Below are positions 1-13,129 of a DNA stretch of 64,000 nt, piece after piece. The stretch spans positions 153,078,001 to 153,142,000 of the forward strand of contig NC_042998.1 of assembly GCF_006345805.1 (NCBI RefSeq). The letters run 5' to 3'. Position numbers and translations under genes: made by a program. The notes under the pieces are model-generated. The model was not told the origin of the DNA and did not search any database. It worked only from the letters and a program-made list of their open reading frames with translations. This DNA comes from Octopus sinensis (lineage: Eukaryota). The stretch's first letter is position 1; each line of letters starts with the position of its first letter.

Positions 1-327
1 GCTAATACATGATCTAAGTTATATGATGTATAAAAACATGTAATATACAAATAAATATCTGTAAATATGAAACCATCCGAATTTCTGAGTACCTCATTTC
101 TTCTAATATATATATATATTATATTATATTAAATTAGAGATAAAACCACTATTAGGCAAATCAAACAGTGAAAATCATAAGCCAATACATAGAAATAAAA
201 TTAATTAAAAAATATATAAAAAATATAAAATATAAAATTCCAAATTAAAATATTTAAATTAAAGTTAAAATTTTAAAAATCATTTAAATTAATAATTTAA
301 ACTTATAAATTTTAAATATATATATAT

Positions 328-1419
328 CATCATCATCATCATCATCATCATCGTTTAACGTCCGTTTTCCGCGCTAGCACGGGTTGGACGGTTTGACCGG
401 GATCTGGGAAGCCAGAGGCCGCTCCAGGCTCCAGTCTGATCAGACAGAGTTTCTACGGCTGGATGCCCTTCCTAACGCCAACCACTCCGCGAGTGGAGTG
501 GGTGCTTTTTACGTGCCACCTGCACAGGGGCCGGGGGGTCCGGCATCGGTCACGATCGGTTCGAGCTTTTCTAGAGTTGAGTTGGGGGGGGGTCTAGCTG
601 AGAAAGGTTCCACCAGTGGAAAGAGAGGGAGAGATAGTGGGGGGGTGCAGGTAATATAGGGAAGCACCAGTGGGGAAGGTTGGGTAAGGAGGAACGATGA
701 CAAGGAAGGGTTGGTGCAGAAGAAATAAAAACGTAGGATATCACGAGACGGGGAGGGGACTGGAAGGAGATAGTCGGATTGAGGCAGTAAGATCAGTGGG
801 GCAGTTAATGAGCTGCGGTGCTAGCAGCTTGTCTTGGTGGGGGGAAGGGGTAGTACACAGTGAAAGCATGTGAGAAGGAGGGGTAGGAGGGAGAGACACA
901 CGAATGGCGGAAAGATGGAATTAAGGATTGAACATTAAAGGGTTAAATTTTGTAGAGAAAGATAGGAAAAACAAAGCAAGTTACTGTATGAGTACAGACA
1001 TTTAACAATAGTAACGAATGAGCACGAATGAGAAGTAACGAATGAGGTACGAAAGATAATGAGATAAAAATGTTTTTGTAACTTGCTGTGAACATGAAGG
1101 CCGGAAGTTGTTGTTGGAGAAGAAAGGAAGTTTAAAATTGGGAATTGTAATGGCGATTTTCAAGAAGAAGAAGAAAAGAAGAAGACACCGCCGAATGGCG
1201 GAAAGATGGAATTAAGGATTGAACATTAAAGGGTTAAATTTCGTAGAGAAAGATAGGAAAAACAAAGCAAGTTACTGTATGAGTACAGACATTTAACAAT
1301 AGTAATGAATGAGAAGTAACGAATGAGCACGAATGAGGTACGAAAGATAATGAGATAAAAATGTTTTTGTAACTTGCTGTGAACATGAAGGCCGGAAGTT
1401 GTTGTTGGAGAAGAAAGGA

Positions 1420-1424
<5 letters not shown>
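328..1424 (-). mobile_element. Non-autonomous RTE-tailed element with tandemly duplicated head
   Basis: (GAT)n tail and RTE 3' UTR core at 328-560, followed by unique sequence and a ~234-bp direct repeat (901-1134 and 1192-1424). Confidence 0.55.
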
Positions 1425-1451
<27 letters not shown>

Positions 1452-1455
<4 letters not shown>

Positions 1456-1752
1456 TTTATTATATAGAAGGAGCTTCTACAGGACTAGAACTGTTTCATT
1501 CAAGAGAAATCTTCAGGAAGCTAGTTAACAAGAATTGTATTGGCATTTATACATTTAGGCAGGTTAAAGGGGTGTTGTGGGGGGACTTTTTGGGGGTAGG
1601 CATAGCGCAAAATATCATACTTGGGGGAGTGGTCAAGGAGTCAGTGTTAAATTAGATAGAAGAATAAATAAAAAAAAATAAAAAAATAAAAAAATCTATT
1701 ATAAAAAAAAGGGGAATAGAGTTTTAGGTAAATAAGGAGATTCTCACTTATA
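1452..1752 (-). mobile_element. Penelope-like 3' end/pLTR fragment carrying an HHR
   Basis: Contains the HHR at 1472-1522 and shares sequence with 57335-57533. The minus-strand peptide ISENLLIY resembles the PLE endonuclease C-terminus. Bounded by (TA)n. Confidence 0.55.
1472..1522 (-). ncRNA. Type I hammerhead ribozyme motif (PLE pLTR family A)
   Basis: Minus strand reads agcttc-CTGAAGA-t ttc tctt gaa t-GAAA-cag ttctagtc ctg-TA-gaagct. Stem I is a perfect 6 bp, and stems II and III can form. Confidence 0.8.
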
Positions 1753-2122
1753 CCTATGCACACATGTATACATACATACACACACATACAAACATATATA
1801 CATATACATACACACATACATACACACACATATATATACATATATATACACTTACACATACACATACATATACATATCTACACATACACATATATGTATA
1901 CATACACACACTCACATGCATACACGTATAGACACATGTATATATACACACACGACCACACATACATATACGCACAGAAAAATATATATACACATACACA
2001 CACATACTCACATACACGCATACACACACATATCCACACACACACATGCACACACAGCACACTAGTCCCTATATACACATATATACACATACACACACAT
2101 ATACACACACATACATACATAT

Positions 2123-2162
<40 letters not shown>

Positions 2163-3091
2163 GTGTACCTATGCATACCTACACATACACACATATATAT
2201 ACACATACAAATACAGACCCATTCCCTAATTTTAATTTTATTATCTTCGTTTATTACTTTTGTTATCTTTGGCCGCTTGGTCACAAACATCTTGGCTATG
2301 ACAGCCAGTCCATTTATCTGTCTACTGGAAAACAAGCACTCATTCACTCACGCACACTCTTTAGCACGTACACTCGCTCATTCGTACACTCATACACATA
2401 CACGCACGCGTTATATTCATACATACATACATCTACATACATTCACGTATATACACATACGTACGCGTACCTACAGATTCATGTCTACACTCTTAGAAGG
2501 CTAGTCTATATATATACACCAATAAATATAAATACACACACATACATATACACCTACATACAAATACATACATGTATATATATATATATATATTATATAT
2601 ATATAATATTCACATATATATACACATATATATATATATATATATACACACACATACGCATACACACAATATACATAATATACACTACACGCACATACAC
2701 ATGTACATGCGTACCCATACACACCACACACGCGCGCGCATCCATATATACACATAAGTACACACATGCGTAAAAGTATACATATATCTATGCTTACACA
2801 TACAACACACACACGCGCCTCCTTATATTCATACTTACATGCATACTCAAAAAATAAGTAAATAGTAAAATATATATACGCGCAGTTATTCGTACATGCA
2901 TACTCAAAAAATAAATAATAAATATTAAGTATATGTACATGCAGTTACCTATTATATAGACGGATACATATAAACTTACACACATATATCATCATCATCA
3001 TCATCATCATTTAGCGTCCGTTTTCCATGCTAGCATGGGTTGGACGGTTCAACTGGGGTCTGGGGAGCCCGAAGGCTGCACCAGGCCATTC

Positions 3092-3150
<59 letters not shown>

Positions 3151-3491
3151 CACATACATATATACATACATATATATATACACACACACACATACACATA
3201 CATATATACATATATATACATACTTACACACATGTACATATAAATACACACATAGATAACTCTACGTACCTACATATACATAAACACACGAGCGTACGCG
3301 TATATGTACATATACACATACACATACACACGCATATATATACATACATACATACACATACACACATGTATACACACACACACATATACACATATATATA
3401 CATACACATATACATACATATATTTTTTTTTTTTTTTTTTGTTTTTCCAGTTTCAGCTCTTGAGCTGTGGCCATGCTGGGGCACCGCCATT

Positions 3492-3651
3492 GTGGTGAAA
3501 GAGTACAGCAGGGATCACCACCCCCTGCCGGAGCCTCGTAGAGCTTTTTAGGTGTTTTCGCTCAATAAACACACACAACGCCCAGTCTGAGAATCGAAAC
3601 CGCGATCCTGCGACCGCGAGTCCGCTGCCCTAACCACTAGGCCATTGCGCC
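3492..3651 (-). mobile_element. tRNA-derived SINE (same family as 23407-23702)
   Basis: Minus strand GGCGCAATGGCCTAGTGGTTAGGG (A box) ... GGTTTCGATTCTC (B box). Matches the copy at 23407. Confidence 0.8.
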
Positions 3652-3882
3652 TATATATATATATACATATATATATACATATATGTATATATATACATAT
3701 ATATATACATATATATATACACATATACATATACATATACACATACACACACATATATACATGTGTGCAAACATACATACATTCTCATACAAGCACACAC
3801 ACTTACATTTACATATATACACACACTTACACACATATATACATACACATATACATACATACATACATACGTATATGCATAC

Positions 3883-3915
<33 letters not shown>

Positions 3916-3994
3916 CATACATACACATACACATACATATATATACACACATATACATATACACATGCACATACTTATATCTCTACATACTCGC

Positions 3995-4051
<57 letters not shown>

Positions 4052-4239
4052 CACACACATACATATACCTATATACATGTATATATACACATACATATAT
4101 ATACACATCTACAATTTGTATCTACACTCACATACCTGCACATACACATAACTCTACATACCTACATATACATCGACATACTCGCGTACACTCATATATA
4201 TACACATATATACATATACACACACACATACATATACAT

Positions 4240-4555
4240 CAGCTTTAAGACCCGTTGGTACGCACACACACACTCGTTCCGGCGACAGGATAAATCCAAC
4301 CAAACTACCCTCGCCGCCCACATCTGGTACCTTAAAAGGAACTCCATCCCCTTCAAGACCAAGTGGAAACTACTACAGAAGGCGCGCTCGCACACAGGAG
4401 GCCATACCTGCTGTGACCTCTGCATATCGGAGAGCCTAGAGATCTTGTTCGCCAAAGGCCCTCTCCTTAACAAGATCTCAGAACACTCCCCAAATTGTAT
4501 GCATAAGAAGTATGCGAACTACAAGAACTATAGACCTACCCGGCAACCAGATTGA
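4240..4555 (+). mobile_element. Penelope-like element GIY-YIG endonuclease C-terminal fragment
   Basis: SFKTRWYAHTHSF...TTLAAHIWYLK...KWKLL...CDLCISESLEIL...LLNKISE...CMH is a typical PLE endonuclease C-terminus. It is 5'-truncated into a microsatellite. Confidence 0.8.
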
Positions 4556-5060
4556 TGACACCCCACCCACAAAAACCCCCCCAATCCCACCGTTCCCCTA
4601 GCACCCCCGATTACCTTTTCTCGTAAGACCTTTCACATATTGTATGTGCACGCTTGTATATGTGTATCGTATATATGTATAGAAATGTATGGGTATAGTA
4701 GGAATATACGCATGTATTATGTGTGTGTGTGCGTGTATGTATGTAAAAATATATATATGTATGTGCGTGTGTGTGTGTGTATGTATGTATAGATGTATGT
4801 ATGTATATATGTATATATGTGTGTATGCATATGTATGTGTATATGTATGTGTGTATGTATGTGTATGTATGTATAAAATATTATATAATTAGGGCTTAGT
4901 AAAATAAATTACTTTGCCACATACTGAACTTTCTAGAAATAGCAGCCAAAAAAGTTTTTTAGCCTCTTCCACTACTTAGAGAATATTTTCCCTCAGACAT
5001 TGTTTACTCATAAAAATAATGGTCCTTATATGTATATAAATATACACACATATATATATG

Positions 5061-5092
<32 letters not shown>

Positions 5093-5304
5093 CACACACA
5101 TATATATATACATATATATATATACACACATATATGTATATATGTATATATATACATATATATGTATATATATACATATATAATATATATATATACACAT
5201 ATATATATATGTATATATATACATATATATGTATATATTACATATATATATACACACATATATATATATGTATATATGTATATATATATACTATATATAT
5301 ATAT

Positions 5305-5353
<49 letters not shown>

Positions 5354-5441
5354 ACATATATATATATAACACATATATATATATATGTATATATATACAT
5401 ATATATATATATACACACACACATATATATATATATATATG

Positions 5442-5480
<39 letters not shown>

Positions 5481-5716
5481 CATATATATATATAATATAT
5501 ATACAAACATATATATATATATATACACACTATATATATATATATATACACACACATATATATATATATATATACACACATATATATATATACATATAAA
5601 TATGTATATATATATATATCTATATGTATATATATAAATATATACACACACATATATATATATATGTATATATATACATATATATACACACATATATATA
5701 TATATATGTATATATA

Positions 5717-8700
5717 TGATTGATTGATTGATTGATTGATTCTAGTTTCAGCCTACGAGCTGTGGCCATGCTGGGGCACCGCCATTTGGTGTTGCTACTT
5801 GGTTTCACTTCATGGAGGCTTTCTAGCAACTGCTATTTGGTGCATGAGAGAGTTCGATGCAGCTGCCCTCATGTGCCCCTCCTGCCGTGAAGTTGGTTCA
5901 TCTGGGACACCTGACAGGAAGAGATCCAGCTCCATTTTAAAGACATCTGTATCCACCCCATGCAGGTCTCTCAGGTTCTTCGGGAGGATATTGAAGAGCT
6001 GTGGGCCTCGGAAGCCCAGGCTATCACAGAATCTTGTCCTACATCTTCTTGGCAAGTTTGGAGTCCTAGGTACCACGCAGCGGCGCCCAGTTCTGGCATT
6101 TGCGTAACTCTCGATGCCAAAGTTCAGGACACTTCCCTCCAGGATCTTCCAGATGTATATTATGGCATATCTTTCCCGCCTATGCTCCAGGGAATATAAT
6201 TTTAATCTCTTGAGTCTCTCCTAGTAGCTCATATGCTGCACAGAGGCTATCTTCTTCGTGTAGCTTCGTTGGATCGCCTCAAGTTCTGTGATCAACTTGA
6301 CACTGGATGGTGACCATAGCTGAGAGCAATAGTCAAAGTGGCTTAGGACAAGTGTCTTCCAGAGGACCATCATGGTTTCTTGTTCTCTTGTTCTAAAGGT
6401 TCTGAGAATCCATCCAGCCAGCCGTCTGCATTTCATTGTCAGTTTAGCAACATGTACATGAAAGGTCGCGTCATCACTCATGTGAATATCCAGGTCACGC
6501 ACTGATTGTGCCTCTGGGATTGCAATCCCTCCGGGTCCAGTGTATTCATTGGGTATTGCATTCAGTTTTGCATGCTGATAGTATAAAGCTTGAAACTTTT
6601 CAGCATTAAACTGCATGCTATTCTTTTCAGCCCACTTGTATATTTCGTCCAGCTCACATTGCAGGTGCTTAGTGTCTTCAGGGTTCTGTATTGCCTGTGA
6701 AACTTTTGTATCATCTGCATAACTTGTGATCGTGGCTCTCCGCGTGGCTGAGGGCATGTCTGAGAGGGCCATTATGAACAGCAGTGGTCCCAAAACAGTG
6801 CCCTGTGGAACACCGCTCACTATTTGCGTGCTAATGGAAGTGACCCCATTGGTTGCTACCACCTGACTTCTATTCTTCAGAAAGTCATGAAGCCATTTTC
6901 CTAGTTTTCCAACTATGCCAAGATCACGCAGTTTGTGACATATCATTCCATGATCGACTTTATCGAAGGCCTTTGCGAAGTCGAGATATATGACTTCCAC
7001 ATTTGAGTGGTTGAGCAGTTGTTTCAGCACCCAGTCATAGTGCTGCAGGAGCTGAGTTAAGCAGCTTCTTCCTGGTCGGAAACCATGTTGGGTGTCAGGC
7101 TGCAAGTCATTTTCCTCAAGGAAGGTGATTAGCTTCCTTCTGACTATTCGTTCCATGACCTTGCTGATGTGTGAGGTCAGAGAGATAGGTCTGTAGTTCT
7201 TGGCCTCCGCTCTGCTACCTCCTTTATGAATAGGGCATATTTTACCTTCCTTCAGTTTTCTTGGAAGTTTGCCAGCTGCAAGGAAGCTCTGAAAGAGGAA
7301 CTGCAGTGGTCTTGCTAGGACTCTCTTACATACTTTTAGGAGGATTGCCGGGAATCCATCGGGGCCAATAGCTGAGTCTGTTTTCATTTCATCTATAGCC
7401 TTTATTACATCGTCTTCCTTTATCGATGTAATTTATCGTCGCCGCCTCTGATTCTATATCTGCGCTGGTAAAGAAGTCAGTTGGATTGCTGATTTGGAAA
7501 TGCCCAAGGGGTGGAGTGAAAACACTCTTGAATTGTTCATTCAGTATTTCACTTACCCTCATTGGTTTTCCTGTGAGTGTGCATCCTTTTCAAGGAGTGG
7601 CCCTATCCTACAGTGCACCGTAGCTGTTTCTTTGGCATACCTGTAGAAAGCTCTGGGGTTAGTTTTTATGTTGTCTATAGCCCAGGCTTCTTTGTCTGCT
7701 CTTTCCTTCTCATGGGAGAGTTGCAGACAATTTTCAATTTCCAACAGTTTTATTTTCAGGCGGGACTTTTCATTGCTTTCAATTTGTTTGTTTAGGCGAT
7801 TTGAATTTTTTGTACGCCGTCTCATAAAATTTTCCTCTCTCTGGGGATTTTGTTCTTGTGTACAGTGGTCTTTCTCTCTGGGACACATTTGTAGCATATG
7901 GCTTGCATTACAGACATGAATTGTTGAAGTATCATGTCGATGTCCGGCGAGGAGAGACATTCAGGCCAGTTTTGTTTGAGGATCTCTTTCTCAATTTGTT
8001 TCCAGTTTGCCTTATTGAAGTTCAAGCTGGAAAGATTCTGAGGGTTTCTTGTAGGCTGCATGTCCATGCTCTCTTTTGGCCCGTACATGGTCAGCTCTAC
8101 CATGTTGTGATCCGAGAGTAGTGTCGGTGTCACTTTCACATTATGGATGAGATCCATATTATTTGTGAAGCAGAGATCCAGTGTGTTACCTGCTCTGGTT
8201 GGTTGGAGTATTACTTGCTCCATGTACAGGGTGTTGATAAGGTTCAGGAGGGACCTCGCCTGTCCTCGTTCACATCTTGTCATTCCTGGGAGAGAAAGGC
8301 CCTCGGGCCATCTGACATTGGGTAGATTGAAGTCTCCCATGAGAAGTACACTTATGTGTTGTTCTAATGTGATTAGAACTTCTTCTATTTTTAAAAGGCA
8401 GTCCTCAAACTTGCCCATATGACTTGGGGCATCTGGAGGGCGATATGTAGCACACACAACTACATCAAGTTGCCTCATGTGTACAATTAGTGTGTCACAC
8501 ACCGAGTTTGAGTATGACAAAAGGACCTGGGGTGTGAGGTCCCCACGGATGTACATAGCAACTCCTCCATGACTCCTTTCTTTCCTGTCGGTCCGTAGTA
8601 CAACATACTGTGGTATGTGTAATTCCGCATCTGCTATGTCCGGTTTCAGATGCGTTTCTGTGAGTGCTATGCATAAGGCTTGATTGCATGCGACAAAGTC

Positions 8701-8752
8701 TCTCAGGAACGGGACTTTTGTCCTGTTACTGTGTGTTAGTAGTCCTCTGATG
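5717..8752 (-). mobile_element. CR1-group LINE ORF2 (APE endonuclease + RT), lightly disrupted, running into a gap
   Basis: Endonuclease motifs IALTETHL, YRPP, MGDFN, TLDL, SDH. RT motifs NYRPISLTS, QHGFRPGRSC, YLDFAKAFDKV, SGVPQGTVLGPLLF, YADD. (ATCA)n 3' tail at 5717-5740. Confidence 0.92.
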
Positions 8753-8852
8753 NNNNNNNNNNNNNNNNNNNNNNNNNNNNNNNNNNNNNNNNNNNNNNNN
8801 NNNNNNNNNNNNNNNNNNNNNNNNNNNNNNNNNNNNNNNNNNNNNNNNNNNN
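8753..8852. other. Assembly gap (100 N)
   Basis: Run of N. Confidence 1.
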
Positions 8853-8861
8853 ATAACTTTC

Positions 8862-9283
8862 GGATCTTTTCGGTTTGAACGGCAGTTTTTAACATAATTT
8901 CTAGGTAACTAAAAAATTTTAAACTTCGTATACTGGTAGAATGTGTTTATAGAACATCTTTTTATCTTGGCTTTATTGAGAAAATTCTATAGTTTGTGAG
9001 ATATTTGTTGTTTTTTTTCTTCAATTTCTGCAATTTCAACCAATCAATGACGTCTATTGAGGTTATAAACAGTCTGTGCCGTATGAATATGTCCCTCGTT
9101 TAAGAAACAGATTGGGTTTATTTACATTTGTGAAGAAAAAAAGATACCCTTCCCCACACCCCTAACCCTAACCGTAACTAACCCTAACCCTAAAATAGAT
9201 TGAAATGCAATAGGGTCATAATTATGGGTGACAATTTCATATGACACCGCTAGAAAAAACTGCCGTTCAAACCGAAAAGATCC
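8862..9283. mobile_element. MITE-like element copy 1 with ~29-bp inverted repeats and internal (TAACCC)n
   Basis: GGATCTTTTCGGTTTGAACGGCAGTTTTT ... AAAAACTGCCGTTCAAACCGAAAAGATCC. Confidence 0.8.
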
Positions 9284-9334
9284 CAATCTATTACTACCCT
9301 ATGTGGAATTCACATAGTAAAATAAATAACTTTC

Positions 9335-9761
9335 GGACCTTTTCGGTTTGAACGGCAGTTTTTAACATAATTTCTAGGTAACTAAAAATTTTAAAACTTC
9401 GTATACTGGTAGAATGTGTTTATAAAACATCTTTTTATCTTGGCTTTATTGAGAAAATTCTATAGTTTGTAAGATATTTGTTGTTGTTTTCTTCAATTTC
9501 TGCAATTTCAACCAATCAATTACGTCTATTGAGGTTATAAACAGTCTGTGCCGTATGAATATGTCCCTCGTTTAAGAAACAGATTGGGTTTATTTACATT
9601 TGTGAAGAAAAAAAAGATACCCTTCCCCACACCCCTAACCCTAACTAACCCTAACCCTAAAATAGATTGAAATGCAATAGATCGATACTAGGGTCATACT
9701 TATGGGTGACAATTTCATATGACACCGCTAGAAAAAACTGCTGTTCAAACCGAAAAGATCC
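9335..9761. mobile_element. MITE-like element copy 2 (tandem with copy 1)
   Basis: Near-identical to 8862-9283, with the same inverted ends. Confidence 0.8.
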
Positions 9762-9954
9762 CAATCTAACAGTAGCATAACCTGTTACACAAGTTTTTTT
9801 AAAAATTATATTTACTCATTTGTCTTATCACTCTAGTTAGAGAGATTTTAGAATTGGGCGAAGTGAAGTGTATTAGACAATGAACACGCAAGGAAAATAA
9901 TACGTGACAGAGATACAGGTTTTTACTGTATTAATTTAACGCTTAAAAAGAAAG

Positions 9955-9995
9955 GTATCATGATGTTTCGGACGCTAGTCATTCATCAGAAAAGA
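9955..9995 (-). ncRNA. Degenerate hammerhead motif
   Basis: Minus strand reads tttt-CTGATGA-at gac tagc gtc c-GAAA-ca-TC-atga. Core and stem II are present, but stems I and III are weak. Confidence 0.45.
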
Positions 9996-10875
9996 ATAAA
10001 AGAATCAGCAGAGGTGGTATGGAAAAATAAAACGAGTGAAAAAAAAGGTGTTTGGAAAAGGGGGTTAGAGGTCCGGTGCGAATGCAGTTCCCTAGTGGGT
10101 GTGAGTTACGGAGGAAAGGGGATGGGGGATGGAGTGTGCATAAAAAGGTGAATATTTGAGTGTTGAGGACCGGGAGAAGTGGTGTGTGTGTGTGTGATGA
10201 TATGAGGTGCAAGCAGTTTCGGGGATGGTGGGTCGCGGAGATGTGCAAGTTTGAGAATGTAGTAGTGTGGACAGTGAAGTGTAGGAGGATGGTGTGTAGT
10301 GCGTACGTTAGGAGTGAAGTGGAGGTAAGACAGTGTTCCTCGGTATGTTAGAGTTGACGTGTGTGTGTGTGTATACATAGATAAGACACTGAGATGAGAT
10401 CAGATATTATTATAATCAGTGAGAAAGATGGAGTTAATAGTCTAGAAAAGTGAGATCGATTTGAAAGTAATGATTCACCAAGCGCCCACCACGACCACCA
10501 CAAAAAAAATTGAACGAATATTACCATAAACGAGTCCTCGCATAAAAGCGTGCGCGCACTCACGCACATACACACAGTTGGTTATTCATTCGCAAAGTAA
10601 CGGAAATAACTTACAAAGTTAAAATTGGCTCAATACAAAACATTCATTCATTGTTAAAAAAAAAAGTATTTATTCGTCTGTAGGTACTAACGCTACAAAA
10701 TACACATATTTTCTTTTTAATTTATCAAATTAATTATAATAAACACCAAATTTGTGCGAATTAGTTTCAGTTTGACTTTAGTACAAGATATCCGCCAGTT
10801 GAAAAATATTGAGTAGAAACCTTCCTAAGTAACCGTGTCTGTTAATTTAATGAGTCGTTCTCTCCGGTTATAATT

Positions 10876-11014
10876 ATGGTGGCGGCATTCCCCATCGCTA
10901 AACTTGCATCTTTGGCTGTCAAACAAATCAGTAAACCTTTGGCAAATGCCATAAAGAACAAAGCGAAAGCACATCCTTTCATTCGAAAGTTTGTTTGCAT
11001 GCCACCTGCTCAAT
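10876..11014 (+). CDS. OPA3: OPA3 (optic atrophy 3 homolog, mitochondrial) coding exon 1
   Basis: ATG at 10876. MVAAFPIAKLASLAVKQISKPLANAIKNKAKAHPFIRKFVCMPPAQ matches the OPA3 N-terminus (human [25 protein letters not shown]...LPPAQ). GTAAGT donor at 11015, phase 1. Confidence 0.95.
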
Positions 11015-13129
11015 GTAAGTTGCACCACTTAACCTTAAGCTCAATTCTAAGATTTCGATTCGATATTTTTGTTTGTTTTTATAATTCATTTATTTATAAA
11101 CACTGTTATAGCTTCTTCAATTCCCTTTTTAATCTAATACCTCGTAGAACTGAAGTCTCTTTGACTTTGTAAACTCCTTTAAGGTAAATTTGTTGTGGGT
11201 TTTGTTATAATATTGTTTCTGTGTTGTTTTTTTTCATCCCGGTGATAAGTCTTATCTAGGTGAAAAAAATCTTACATCATCTTAAGTAACTGTCATTAAT
11301 TAGTTCTGTAGTTCTTATATAATAAATTAATTTGTAATTTTTTTTTAAACATCTATTTCGATGTTTTAATGTTGTAATCGGTTTGTTATGAGCATATGAA
11401 AGGATCGATATTGAAAGGTCAGCTCGTCAACTGGTGTCACGTTGTCTCTATTCAACTACCCACTCAATTAAGGTTATTTTCATTTTTTTCATCTACTTTA
11501 TTCTTGTTCTTTAACTCAATATCATCTCTGGTCCTCGAATCTATGATCAAAGGCATTCCATCCATGCCCACCTCTTCTATTTTATTTTTCATGCTAGTCA
11601 GCATTGTTGAATGTATCGTTTTTAAGAGCGGCAGATTTTGCTACTATTTCTAGCAACTCAAATGATCACTAGGCGGATGATCTTCCATGGCTGGATAAGG
11701 TTAATTTTTTTCCCCCTTTCTCTAGCTAAGACGAACATTAATTGAGAGTTTCTTGCGGAGGTCATTCATTTCATCACCCCTTGGCGGAATTCTGGTTTAA
11801 GCACCCCATATAACTCCTCATAACTTTATTATTTCTGGGAATTTTCAGAAAATTTTTGCGAACCGAAATTTATAAATTTATAAACATTACTGATAAAAAT
11901 TTAAAATTTAGTAATAACTGTAGTTAGATTCAAGTAACGTAACTCAGTGAGCTGAATGGGGAATTCTTAGAAATCGGCATAAGAATGCAAACTTGGTAAT
12001 CATGCTGCTACTATTAGCCAATAAAATGACAAGCTATTTGTGGCGCCTCTATGTAGTTTTCTATAATCATTCTATTTATATCTACGATATATTATAGGAA
12101 TATACCACAGTATTCGTTTGGTATTCTATTCTATCAACTCGGAATGATACGAAAAGCAAAGTTGACCTTAACAAGATTTGAACTCAGGTCGTAAATTGTA
12201 AATAAAAAACCACAGACCATTTTGGCCAACACTCTAATAATTCTCTTAGTCTGACCCCTGATGGCTTGATCTGGTAGTTTTAGCAAGTAAATATTCTTTA
12301 AATTACACCATATTTTCTTTAAAAAATAAAAGAAGGAAGGACATATTACATGCTGAAGTTCATCCGATATATAAGCTTCAAAATGAAGACTGGATTGTCA
12401 CATTTTTAGTCATGTCATCTCTATCTCAAAGACGACCTGTGGGTAAACAACAGCCACAACCATTAAAATCATTAATAGAATATTGGGCAATTGACTTTAT
12501 ATAATATTATACCATAACTTTTCAGTGTTAACTGCATTAGATGTTATGCATAACCTTGAAGTTTTTTTATGCAACCACATGCTTCCCTGTGACACCTTGA
12601 ATAAGTGTCTTCTACGATAGCCTCACGATAAAGCGCGCCGAGTGGTGTATGTGTGTGTATACTAATTATGCATGGGTATCGGCAAAACATACATCGGCGA
12701 TAAAACTAAGATAAATCAGTGTTGTTCAGACAACTCTCACCGTAGTAAATGCAATGAATCAGTACAATAAAAGTAACCAACGACGCGAAATAAAAAGGCT
12801 TGTTACCATGGATGCGATGTATAATAAACAAATAATTAATAATCCTTAAAACTACTCTTTGTGAAATATCGAGTTTCAACAGCTTGCATAATTTGTGAAA
12901 TATTGAGTGAAAGAAAATAAACACAGGCTATTTCTACTTGTAAAATATATTTTCTGGTTCCTTTAAAGTGGGAAATAACCTACAACATGCCTGTTTAATT
13001 TGGTTTTGTTTTGATTTTTAAAGAATGCTTACTTTAAGATATTTTGCTTTTGTATCTTGGGAACATCATTTTGCCAATTAACACTAACACACACACACAC
13101 ACACTGGCTGTATTTCACTTATTAATCGT

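Larger units (their letters stand above)
1753..5716. repeat. Compound (TA)n/(TACA)n/(CA)n microsatellite field interrupted by short TE fragments
   Basis: Direct inspection. Source of the low-complexity YIYI/HTHT ORFs. Confidence 0.95.

Noticed and set aside
1647-5693. Long [12 protein letters not shown] ORFs (also near 22.2, 50.1, 51 and 56.6-57.4 kb)
   Set aside because: Stop-free translations of (TA)n/(CA)n microsatellites. Only 4240-4555 carries real protein signal.
9155-9195. Telomeric (TAACCC)n as an interstitial telomere
   Set aside because: Only a few units, and internal to a repeated MITE-like element.
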